Below are positions 48,236-58,801 of a stretch of DNA of 64,000 nucleotides, one piece after another. This DNA is from Octopus sinensis (taxonomy: Eukaryota). The notes below the pieces were generated by a model. The model saw only the letters and a list, made by a program, of their open reading frames with translations. It had not been told where the DNA came from and ran no database searches. The translations under genes and the position numbers were made by a program. The stretch is taken from positions 13,144,001 to 13,208,000 of the forward strand of contig NC_043016.1 in NCBI RefSeq assembly GCF_006345805.1. The letters run 5' to 3'. Positions within the stretch are counted from its first letter, which is position 1; every line of letters begins with the position of its first letter.

Positions 48236-49499
48236 ACTTAGACAATGTTAATTTGACAACAAGGGAGGTAATTATGGTAATTTACTTAATAATTATCTAA
48301 CTTGCATTATTTTCTCCTAAATAAAAGCAGCGAACTGGCAAAATCGTGAAGCCCACTGGGCACAATGTTTAGAGGCATTTCGTCCGTCCTCACGTTCTGA
48401 GTTCAAATCCTGCCTTTCATTCTTTCGGGGTCGATAAAATAAATACTAGTCAATGAAATTGATTCCCCCCAACGCCAATTTCAGGCTTTGTGCCAATAGT
48501 AAAATAATTATTATTTTCTCCTAAATAAACCAACAAAACTTCTCTTATCGATCTACTTCTTCACGCAGTTGATTTGTATGCGTGCAAATCAACGATATCA
48601 TTTGGCTTGCTAGAAACAACAGCCAAATCTTCCTCTAATATCTTTAAAAAAGAAGGTTATATTAGATAGTGAAGTCTAGGAGTAGTGCTCGAGAGAACTT
48701 ATGTTTAGTTACACCTATGGAAATTTTCAAGTTTAGCGAAAATTAAAAAAATTGGTGTATTGACATAATTCTTCATGCTGAACCTCATGGGATAGCTCAC
48801 TTTTTCCAGAAACATTAAAAAAAAAGTTACAGAGGTTTAAAGTTTGGTCACTTTACCCAGTCAGAAAATAGGATTTGGAAGGTATCATTTTGTGCATGAC
48901 TGCACGTGTTGTCAGCATTCCGAAATAGCGCCTGTTTTATCATGAAGTTGTAAACGAATGGGATATTGGCGAAGTTCTGCCTTACGCACGCCATATAACC
49001 CCTCATAACTTTTTTTTTTTTTTAATTTTCAGAAAATTTTTGTACTCTACCCACAGGAATTCATACGATTATACAAACCCTTCCAAAACAAACTTTTGAT
49101 GCGTGATTTAAGGTCTATTTAGATGTTGTTTTTTGCACATCGCACGACCACCTGAATCGTCATGTATTTGAAGCATTTAATAAGCGAAAAATTACAACAA
49201 AAAAAACCCAGTAAACAACACATGTTTTGTAGTTTTAAGCATTTAATATGTATTTTAAACAGCACATTACAAATGAAATATTTATCAAAATATCAAACTT
49301 CAAAAATTTATCAACACAACGTAAAATATTCATAAACTGCAACAGATGGACACAAGCAGCTGAACACAGAGTAAATGCACAGGTTTCGAGTGGCTAAAAT
49401 TACCCAAAATTTGCAATCTTTAAAAGCTATTAACTCTTTATTTATATATCATGTTTCATCGGTAGATAATGTCATAACATTTTCAGACAACTGCTTATG

Positions 49500-50190
49500 A
49501 TGCAAGTGATATCTTCAGTGTTAAGTCTGCATCTCTATCTTTTTTGTGCATCAGGTATTTGATCGATATTTCCTGTTCCTGGATTGTAAACGCATACCCT
49601 TCAAAGTGGGAGGTAGTAATCCGGATATTCGTCCATGATAAACTGCTTTGATGGTCAATGTTACTATCATCTCGGAGCTTTCTATTAGCATATCCATGCA
49701 TAGTCTTCTGCTCATATACACTAATCCTTTCATCTGATGATACGTTGCGGTAGAGTCATGCGACTTCTTTGGACATGTATTCCAGGTTATCAGATAAGGA
49801 ATGCTGCTCAAGAAGCTGCTTTCCAAGTCTCGTGATGTTATCAACCTCATGTATGTATTAATGCAGGAAACTGACTGGGAGAACAATGACTGTCATCGCC
49901 ACAGATGGAAGAAGCAGGTTAATGAGGGTGAGGTCAACAATTTTGAGAGAGCACGTATCCAGCATGAAGAACTTAAGCGTACTGCTCGAAAGCACACTGC
50001 TGGTGTAGTGAATGGGGAAAGCTTGGTTTGCAATGTTTGCAATCGTGTATACTTGTCATGCGCAGGGCTCATTAGCCACCAACATAGCTGCAAATGCAAA
50101 ATATAAGTTAGTCCTAGAGTACACAATGTTCCTGAAGGTCAGCATTGGTCTTCCTCGGTCACGAGTGGACGGCCATCATGTATGTATGGA
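49500..50190 (+). mobile_element. RTE-clade LINE 3' fragment with C-terminal C2H2-like finger
   Basis: ...WKKQVNEGEVNNFERARIQHEELKRTARK...CNVCNRVYLSCAGLISHQHSC*, then a 3' UTR and (TATG)n tail. A short second copy lies at ~56770-56850. Confidence 0.8.
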
Positions 50191-50874
50191 TGGATGCATG
50201 CCTGCTTGTGTGGATGATGCACATATGTGTGTAAGTATGTGGGCGTAGACATGACAATATGGTAAAATTCACTTTGCAGCCATGCGGTCTCAGGCCCGAT
50301 CCCACTGTGGAGCACCTTGGACAAATATATTTTTACCATAATCTTGGGTTGACCCATAACTTGGGAGTGAAATTGGATAGAGTAAAACTGTGTACACACT
50401 CGTCGAGTGGGTTATACCCGTAATTCAAAGGTAGGCTTTTGCCACGTGTTGTCACTTGCGCATGAACGTTAAGAGTACTATGTTTATGGAATGATGTTTG
50501 CCTCGTTTCGTCAGATGGTAGCCATCTCACATTCGGTCACTTTTGCCGATCCGCTAAGTTACGGGGACGTAAGCACACCAACATCGGTTATCAAGCGATG
50601 TTGGGAGGACAAACACAGATACACAAACATATACACACACATTCATATATTTATATATACATATATACGACGGGCTTCTTTCAGTTTCTGTCTACCAAAT
50701 CCACTCACAAGGCTTTGGTCGGCCCGAGGCTATAGTAGAAGACACTTGCCCAAGGTGCCACACAGTGGGACTGAACCCGGAACCGTGTGATTCGTAAGCA
50801 AGCTAGTTACCACGCAGCCACTCCTACGCCTTTATTAATTTATGATAAAGAATGAATTTCATTTTCTTAATTAG

Positions 50875-50954
50875 CATACAAAACTAAATTTGAAGAGACT
50901 TGGAACAAAATTGAAGAAAATACGAAATCTGTGACAGCAACGGAAAAGATCTGA
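50875..50954 (+). CDS. Candidate terminal coding exon (phase 1): (A)YKTKFEETWNKIEENTKSVTATEKI*
   Basis: Strong acceptor gaatttcattttcttaattag|, open protein-like frame and tandem stops TGA TGA. Parent gene unproven. Confidence 0.4.
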
Positions 50955-51049
50955 TGATGGTGTATGTTGTATGACCAAACTCGAGGCACCCAGTGACTTC
51001 AAAATTCGACGTTGATGATGTGTCCAAACATTGCATATGTAGATGTGTG

Positions 51050-51466
51050 TGTAGTGATGCTACAGTGTAGGGTTCGGCGCGCATGCGCAGAATGGGACTA
51101 CTTCCGGGTGGCCACCGGAAGTCTTCCCCATGCGCATGTGCGGGAAAACATCTCTCGAGCCCGCGAACCTCAAATCTCTCTCTTCGGCTCAAGACAGCAC
51201 TGCGATCGGTCACGGTTTTCCTGGCTCTGACAGCCACACACCAGCTTCAACCAACTTCAACCAACCTCAACGACCAACACCAGCAATACATCAGAGGCTG
51301 TCTATTCCCCCATCAGACAACGTACAACCATGAATCAATAAACCAAGTTGTCTGTTCACCTTTAACCTGAGTTTCGTCTGTTGTTTTCTGCAAGAATTTT
51401 TGTATGTGACTAGAAAGGATCTCGACACCCTGCCAGTGCTTCGATGATAGATCCTTTCACGTTACA
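51050..51466 (+). repeat. 5' LTR (417 bp)
   Basis: tgtagtgatg...cacgttaca; identical to the 3' LTR except for small indels at two spots; AATAAA at 51337-51342. Confidence 0.98.
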
Positions 51467-51468
51467 AT

Positions 51469-51478
51469 TGGTGACCCC
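51469..51478 (+). promoter_or_regulatory. Primer-binding site, tRNA-Trp-like
   Basis: TGGTGACCCC 2 nt after the 5' LTR, complementary to the ...GGGGUCACCA 3' end of metazoan tRNA-Trp (only 10 nt match). Confidence 0.75.
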
Positions 51479-51625
51479 TAGTTGAGAAAAAGAACAGGAT
51501 AGAAGAAGACACAGCGAACAGGTTTTTTTGGGGCCGAAGAGCGCGGAAATTCACATTTATTTTCCTATTTTCTCCTTTTCAGCACGGCGAGGTGGGTAAA
51601 ATAGCCTTATTCATCGCACACAGTA

Positions 51626-51659
<34 letters not shown>

Positions 51660-51851
51660 AAACACACACACATTCATTTTTTTTCCTTTTCTGTATTTTG
51701 TTTTCCTTGTACACACCTATTCTTTTTTTTGCTACCCACGAGGTGCACACACAAACACAATTTTGAATTGCCTTCTCGGTTCCACGTGTTCTCTCTCCAC
51801 TTCTAGACCATACCTTCTGCCCCCTTCTCACAGATTCCTTCCGACAAAGGC

Positions 51852-52334
51852 ATGGCTTCAGGTTTGCCTTCATTTACGGGGGATATGGGCCTGTGGTTTG
51901 CCCAAGTGGAGTGGTATTTTGATGCACATGCCATTTCTCCACAGCAGCAGTTGCACCTGCTATATTCCGGCTTACATCCCCGACTCGCCGCATCGATCAG
52001 GGATCTAATAATAAGTCCCCACCCGGATGCCACATACGCGTCTGTGAAAGCAGAAATCCTCCGCCGCAACACACGTTCGGGGGAGAGCAATATTCAGATT
52101 GCCACGATGGCCGATGGAATACTGGAATTTCCGAATCCATCTCCATCGCGAGGCCTCTGTGCATGTATAGGGGGCCCTGCGCAAATTTCACTAGCCGAGC
52201 GGATTGATGCGCTCACGCGGCGAATCGACGATCTATCCCGTGCGATCGAGCGCCGACAACGCAGTCGTAGTCGCTCTACCAAAAGGGCAGATCGGTGTAC
52301 CCAGCCGTGCACTTTCAAGCCCTCGGAAAACTAA
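51852..52334 (+). CDS. gag: Gag-like protein (160 aa)
   Basis: LPSFTGDMGLWFAQVEWYF...YASVKAEILRR resembles the N-terminal domain of metazoan Gypsy Gags (DUF7041-type, from memory); RSRSRS tail. Confidence 0.85.
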   Translation: MASGLPSFTGDMGLWFAQVEWYFDAHAISPQQQLHLLYSGLHPRLAASIRDLIISPHPDATYASVKAEILRRNTRSGESNIQIATMADGILEFPNPSPSRGLCACIGGPAQISLAERIDALTRRIDDLSRAIERRQRSRSRSTKRADRCTQPCTFKPSEN

Positions 52335-55300
52335 ATCCGGAGGAGGTGAGCACGTCACCTTCTTCCATCTCGTTTCCCAAACATCGTGCATTCTATGTAA
52401 AAGATCTGGTGTCGAAGACATTCTTCATGGTAGACACCGGTTCCTGTTGCAGCATCTGGCCCCTTCGTCTGGCTGCAGACAAGCCGAAGCGCTCTTCGAT
52501 TGTCTTGCATGCTATTGACTCGTCTCCCATAACCACTTACGGTCAGATTTCGCTGCGCCTCAACCTCAACCTTCGCCGAGACTTTCGATGGGTTTTCGTC
52601 ATCGCTGACATCCCACATCCTATTCTCGGCGCTGATTTCCTGGATAGGTTTAACCTATTGGTGGATGTCAGGCGTCGGAGGCTTCTTGATAGCACGACGT
52701 CGCTCTCTACACCGACTGGGAGTTCCACCACTGCGGTCCTTAGCCCGACATTCTTTGTTGCCACCTCTGGAGACCCATTTCACTCTCTTTTGGTTTCATT
52801 TCCGGAGCTAGTGGACATTGCCTTTAAACCGGAAAATCCTACCCACTCGACCCTCCATTTCATCACCACCAATGGGCCACCTGTATTCTCACGCCCCCCC
52901 CGGCGCTAGCGCCAGACCGACTTAAAACGGCCAGAGCCGAGTTTGAGCACATGCTTCAACTTGGCATTATACGCCCCTCCACCAGCCCATGGGCATCTCC
53001 CCTTCATTTGGCGCGAAAGGGCGAGTCTGATTTTCGCCCGGTTGGAGACTATCGACGCCTCAATGCCGTCACAATAGCCGATCGCTATCCGATTAGAAAT
53101 CTCCGGGACTTCACAGCAAATCTCCATGGTTGTACCATTTTTTCGAAGGTCGATCTGATACGCGCTTACCACCAAATACCGGTCAACCCAGCCGACGTTC
53201 CAAAAACTGCAATCACTACCCCGTTTGGGTGTTTTGAGTTTTTGTACATGAGTTTCGGTTTGCGGAATGCTACTAGCACCTTCCAGCGTTTCATTGATGA
53301 GGTTGTCCGCGGTCTTGATTTTGTGTTTGCCTATGTCGATGACATACTCATTGCGAGCGACACACGAGAAAATCATCTCCGGCACCTTTCTCACTCTTCC
53401 AGCGTCTTCGCGCGTATAGCATACGCATAAACCCCGACAAGTGTGTTTTCGGACGCTCTTCCCTAGATTTTCTAGGGCATCATATTGATTCGACTGGAAT
53501 CAGCCCCCTCTCGTCAAAAGTCGATGCCATTCAACGCATCGCACCCCCCACTTCCTTGCGCCAGCTCAGGCATTATCTAGGGATGGTCAATTTCTACCGA
53601 CGCTTCATTCCCGGTTGTGCAGATAAGCTGCTACCTCTCACCAGGCTGTTAAAGGACTCTCCTAGAAAGGACAGTCAAGTCACCCTCTCTGTTGAGGCAG
53701 TGACAGCCTTTGAGTCCATTAAGAAGGAGCTGGCTTCTGTTTCTTTGCTTGCACATCCAGTTCCTGGTGCTTCTCTCTCTTTGACTGTGGACGCATCGGA
53801 CACTGCGATTGGCGCTGTGTTACAACACACAGTGGATGACCATGTTCGACCTCTAGCCTTCTTTTCCCGTCAACTGCAACCAGCTGAACGACGATACAGC
53901 ACCTTTGATCGTGAGCTCCTAGCGATCTATCTATCGGTTCGTCATTTCCAGCATCAACTTGAAGGGCGAGATTTTGTGATCTATACGGATCACAAGCCCC
54001 TTACGTTTGCCCTGTTTTCAAAAACGGACAAACTCTCACCCCGTGCTTTTCGGCACCTGGATTTTATCTCTCAATTTACTAGCAACATTCGACACATACC
54101 TGGAAAAGAAACGTTCCTGCTGACGCTCTCTCTCGCCTTCCAGTTTGCGCCCTTTCGTCTCCTGCTGCTATCGACTTAGCTGCCATATCGCAGGAGCAGC
54201 CACCTTTGGCGTCGTTAGATTTAACTTCTCCCAAGTTCTCCTGTTGCCAGTTTTCCTACCTTCCGCTTCCGTCAGCCGAAGGCACCATTCTTTGTGACAC
54301 TTCAACTGGATCTCCCAGGCCACTGGTGCCTGAGACCCATCAACGCTCAGTGTTTGAAGCACTGCACTCCTTATCACATCCTGGCATCGCTGCCACCCTC
54401 AAACTAATCACTGCTCGGTTTTTCTGGCCGAATATGCGTCGCACGATTACTTCTTGGACACGCACCTGCTCCAAGTGTCAACGATCCAAGATTCAACGGC
54501 ACGTTCGTGCCCCGCTTGGACAATTTCCCCCCCCCCAGAGCCCGTTTTCGCCATGTCCACATCGATCTGGTTGGACCATGGCCTGTGAGTCGCGGGTTCT
54601 CTTATCTATTAACTTGTGTCGATCGTTTCTCCCGCTGGCCAGAAGCCATTCCGATAGCAGACATTTCTGCTGAGACTGTTGCGCGAGCTTTCGTTTCAAA
54701 CTGGATTTCTCGTTCGGAGTCCCGTCCCGATTGACAACTGATCGTGGACGACAGTTTGAGGCCTCGCTATTTCGCGAATTGTCGCGAATTTTGGGTATGC
54801 ACCATATCCACACCACAAGCTACCATCCAGCGTCTAATGGATTGGTTGAGCGGTTCCATAGACAGCTCAAGGCCGCTCTTCGTGCCTCTTCGGACCCACA
54901 GTCCTGGATCGAATTTCTGCCCATTGTGCTTCTCGGCTGTCGGACTGCTGTCAAGGCAGACCTGGGGTTTTCTGCTGCAGAGCTGCTGTATGGTACCACA
55001 CTGGCATTGCCCGGTACGATGTTGGTGCCAGACACTTCCCCGCCCCATGATCCGGCGACCTATGTCACCAGACTGCGGGAATATTTTTCAAACCTTCGCC
55101 CATGCTTCCCAGAAAGCAATCTCCACCGTCCCATCTTCCACCGGATATGAACACCTGGTCGCATGTTTTTGTTCGGGACGATTCTGTGAAGGGCCCACTT
55201 GTTTCTCCCTATAAAGGACCTTTTCGTGTGCTTTCTCGCACACAAAGGTTTTCACGATTGAGATAAATGGTCGTTCGGACCGTTTCCGTGGACCGTTTAA

Positions 55301-55533
55301 AAAAGGCACATTTTGAGACGTCTTCATCTTTTGATGACAACCTTGACACACCCACCTATGCACCTTTAACAACACTTTCACCTGCACAAACGCCTTCACC
55401 TGCACAATCACCTTCACCGGCTCCTACAACACCACCCTCGCCGTCAACGGGTGCCCCGAGCACACCGTATGTTACAAAATCGGGCAGAACAGTGCATTGG
55501 CCCAAGAAACTTTCAAAAACAATTTACATTTAA
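52295..55533 (+). CDS. pol: Pol polyprotein (protease, reverse transcriptase, RNase H, integrase), broken in this sequence by ~8 single-base frameshifts
   Basis: Protease FMVDTGS; [31 protein letters not shown]; RNase [25 protein letters not shown]; integrase [33 protein letters not shown]; GPF motif (YKGPF). No chromodomain seen. Confidence 0.95.
52325..52331 (+). promoter_or_regulatory. Putative -1 ribosomal frameshift site G GAA AAC
   Basis: Lies immediately before the gag TAA; the pol ORF (52295-) overlaps in the -1 frame. The heptamer is near-canonical only. Confidence 0.55.
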
Positions 55534-55646
55534 CTTTAAAATGTTTCTTATTGTATAATAGTATGTACCAAGTCTTCTGGGGGATCGGCAAGCCTTCTGT
55601 TTTCTGCAGCACCACCACAATATTCTGGTTGCCGTACTTCGCACTC

Positions 55647-55658
55647 GGAGGGGAGCCC
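55647..55658 (+). promoter_or_regulatory. Polypurine tract
   Basis: GGAGGGGAG(CCC) immediately 5' of the 3' LTR. Confidence 0.8.
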
Positions 55659-56076
55659 TGTAGTGATGCTACAGTGTAGGGTTCGGCGCGCATGCGCAGA
55701 ATGGGACTACTTCCGGGTGGCCACCGGAAGTCTTCCCCATGCGCATGTGCGGGAAAACATCTCTCGAGCCCGCGAACCTCAAATCTCTCTCTTCGGCTCA
55801 AGACAGCACTGCGATCGGTCACGGTTTTCCTGGCTCTGACAGCCACACACCAGCTTCAACCAACACTTCACAACCTCAACGACCAACACCAGCAATACAT
55901 CAGAGGCTGTCTATTCCCCCATCAGACAACGTACAACCATGAATCAATAAACCAAGTTGTCTGTTCACCTTTAACCTGAGTTTCGTCTGTTTGTTTTCTG
56001 CAAGAATTTTTGTATGTGACTAGAAAGGATCTCGACACCCTGCCAGTGCTTCGATGATAGATCCTTTCACGTTACA
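55659..56076 (+). repeat. 3' LTR (418 bp)
   Basis: Direct repeat of 51050-51466. Confidence 0.98.
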
Positions 56077-57529
56077 TGTGTATATTGAACTACAGATTGT
56101 AAGAATAAAAAGTTAATATCGTAAACCGATATTTCATTTACTTGTGGTAGATTAATTCCACGAAGGCCGACATACAACTAGATACTGTTAACTTGGCATA
56201 ATAATTTAATTCGAGCTATGATGCTCCATTAGTTTTTGTCACCCAATTGTAGAAATTTGAGAAAGTGCTGAGTTGAGAGTAAGTGGGTCACAACAGCTGC
56301 AGCAAAGTTAGGAGATACCGGCTCGGAGAATGGGTCGAATCTGTCGTATAGTTTGCTAATGATATTAAGGATCTAAGATGTTAATATTATTGAACAACAG
56401 CTTCAGTTGTATAAAATAATGTTCTCAGGGGATCGTCATACACAGAGAATTAGACTCCTTGGGTTATGTTTTCGTGATACATTTGTCACACACACGCATG
56501 TACCAAAAACGAAACTTTTATTTTCTGTGATCAAAATTTTACGACCGGTTGATAAGTTATCTTCCGAAGTGTTTCATTTTTACATTCCAAATACTAATCC
56601 TTGTGCTCCGTCTAAAAAAACACTGAATTTAAATTGTGAACTTTTTTATTTTCGTATTTGTGAAGGATATTTTGAAATTTCTTGTTGAAAATGCTTGATT
56701 TGATCCTCGATATTTTAATACAACACCACGCCGTGAAATTTAAGGATCGTAGGGAAAATGCTTTGCAGTACTTTTGAAAGAGCACGTATCCAGCATGAAG
56801 AACGTAAGCGTGCTGCTCGAAAGCACACTGCTGGTGTAGTGAATTGGGAAAGTTCTTTACGTTATGAATACTGTTCATTGGACAAAACTGACCTAACATC
56901 CCCATTAAAACATGACTCGTTTTCTTGTTAGCTATATTGCGCACCGCCCACCTCTAGGCAGTGCCATCTTTAGGCATGAGGCACAAAGGACAGTTACAAA
57001 GAATAAGTCCTGGGGTCGATTTGCTCGACTAAAGGCGGTGCTCTAGCATGGCCACAGTCAAATGACTGAAATAAGTAAAAGAGTAAACAAAAAGTTAATA
57101 GTTTTTAAAGCTTTCAAATTTCGGATAATTTTAACCAATCGAAAGTTCCCATTATACAATATGACTGTAGGTCTCACATTAGTGTCTGTTTCCATAGAAA
57201 CAAACGAAGCTGTAGTCTGTTCCGTTTTCATTGTAACAAGGACGCTATTTAGCTCGACTATGACACTTTTACCATCCCACCACCACAAATTTTGATGACA
57301 ATCATTTTGTGGCAGACACTATTCACGCAGGAAATGCCGGCTTCCGATTCTGGTTTTCGATTAGCTAAAAATGATCAAACTTTGAGTCTCTAACATTTTT
57401 CAAAATTTTTTTTTCTGGAAAAAAATGAATCCCAAATTCGGATTCAGCGTGAAAAATGACATCAATAAACCAAATTTGAAAATTTTCACATAATTAAAAA
57501 CTTTCCAAATCTGTCGTAGCAGATAACAT

Positions 57530-58690
57530 TCAACTGATCCCAGCATCCACCTCTTTTCAGTCAGAGCCATCCAGAGGTCATCTTGGCAGCCTTTACATTA
57601 TTTTTTATGGCTTTTCTTCTGCAAGCTCCTGAAATGCCCAGAATCCCATAGGCCTTACGATTTTCAAACCCTTGACTGTTAACCTCTACCTGAAAAAGTC
57701 GTGTTCTCCTCTAATTCTTGTGACAGACCTTCAACAACTCCTACTACTAAGTTCTCTTTCTTTTTCGCGCCTCTTCTAACTTCTCCCATCTCACACGTAA
57801 CTCCAGGACTAGCTACTTTGTTGCCCTGGAAACCAAAACAAGATGTGGTATCAGCAAAGTGTGAATGATATGTACTGAAAACTTTAATTGTTTCTCCAGA
57901 TCAACCTCCATCTCAAGTCCTATGTTATAAAAAGTAATCTCTCAGAGCTTCCCTTGGGTCTTTTCATTGGGGTCTCTCCCTCCTTGATTAAGAAAGACTG
58001 TACATTTGGCTTAGTCAGATGTATACTGGCGTTTTCGCTGTCACTGATCCTCTCGCTGACTGCCTCTGCAATGGTCTTTGAGACCTGATCGTGTCTCCAC
58101 GATAGCTTCCTTCACTCAGTGCCCTGGAGTAGATGCTTAAGATGTATTCAAGGGTACTTGCCTCAGAATGCAGAGGGCAAGCTGGAACATTCACTGAGCT
58201 GAATGTAATTAAGTTAGACGGGTTGGAAAGGACATTACAAAATCTCACCCCTGGATCAAGAACTTTATTTTTTGCGGGTCCCACTTCCAGATATCTTTCA
58301 AGGTGAAATTCTGCTCCATCGTCCGCTTCCATCGCCACTGCTTTGCTTGTCCACTGCCCGCTCACTGATTCTCTCACCTCTTCCTGCATCAACTTCCTCA
58401 TTTTCTTATTATTAGTTACCCCATATTGTGTTGTCGAGCCTCCAAATCGACTTCTGCCCCGCCTCCAAGAAGGGGTTTGTGTTTCAGATGCTCCACTACT
58501 TGCTGGACTGCTTTAGCTGTCTTCCACCTACTCCCTGTTCTTACTGCAATCCATGCCCCTCACATTTTGGTGTTCCTGGAACTCATCCACATGTTCTCGT
58601 ACATGTAACGTCTTGAATTCTTCCCAAATGGAAGTGTACGGAAACCTGAGCTTGCTTTTGTCTGTCCCTTCTCTTCTGTTATATCCTTGA
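57530..58690 (-). mobile_element. HERO-like (RLE-type) non-LTR retrotransposon, 3' portion, decayed
   Basis: LRFPYTSIWEEFK, RWKTAKAVQQ, LMQEEVRE, NPSNL..PACPLH..TLEYILS..ALSEGSY, RHDQVSKTIAE, MEVDLEKQLKF, LVLEL.V.WE..EEA..RKR and terminal SGWL*LKRG follow the HERO C-terminal CCHC + restriction-like endonuclease layout. Confidence 0.8.
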
Positions 58691-58801
58691 GTTTGGATAT
58701 AGGCTACACTGTAACAGTGTTATAACACTACAAAAACTAAATCAGTAACAAACACGTAACAGACTTATATCTCTTCTCAACGACTGCACTCAGCACACCT
58801 T

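Larger units (their letters stand above)
51050..56076 (+). mobile_element. Full-length Ty3/Gypsy LTR retrotransposon (5027 bp), recent insertion
   Basis: TG...CA LTRs at both ends, 4-bp TSD TGTG (51046-51049 / 56077-56080), PBS, PPT, gag, and pol in PR-RT-RNaseH-IN order. Confidence 0.98.

Noticed and set aside
48700-49480. Possible non-autonomous DNA transposon (similar-looking sequence at ~57300-57510 and ~62030-62240)
   Set aside because: Composition suggests a TE, but I could not define termini, TSD or family.
51083-51370. 95-aa ORF in each LTR (and antisense 117/124-aa ORFs)
   Set aside because: By-products of the GC-rich LTR; no motif and no expected coding role.
52355-55417. Numerous antisense and alternate-frame ORFs over pol
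   Set aside because: Shadow ORFs of a GC-balanced coding region.
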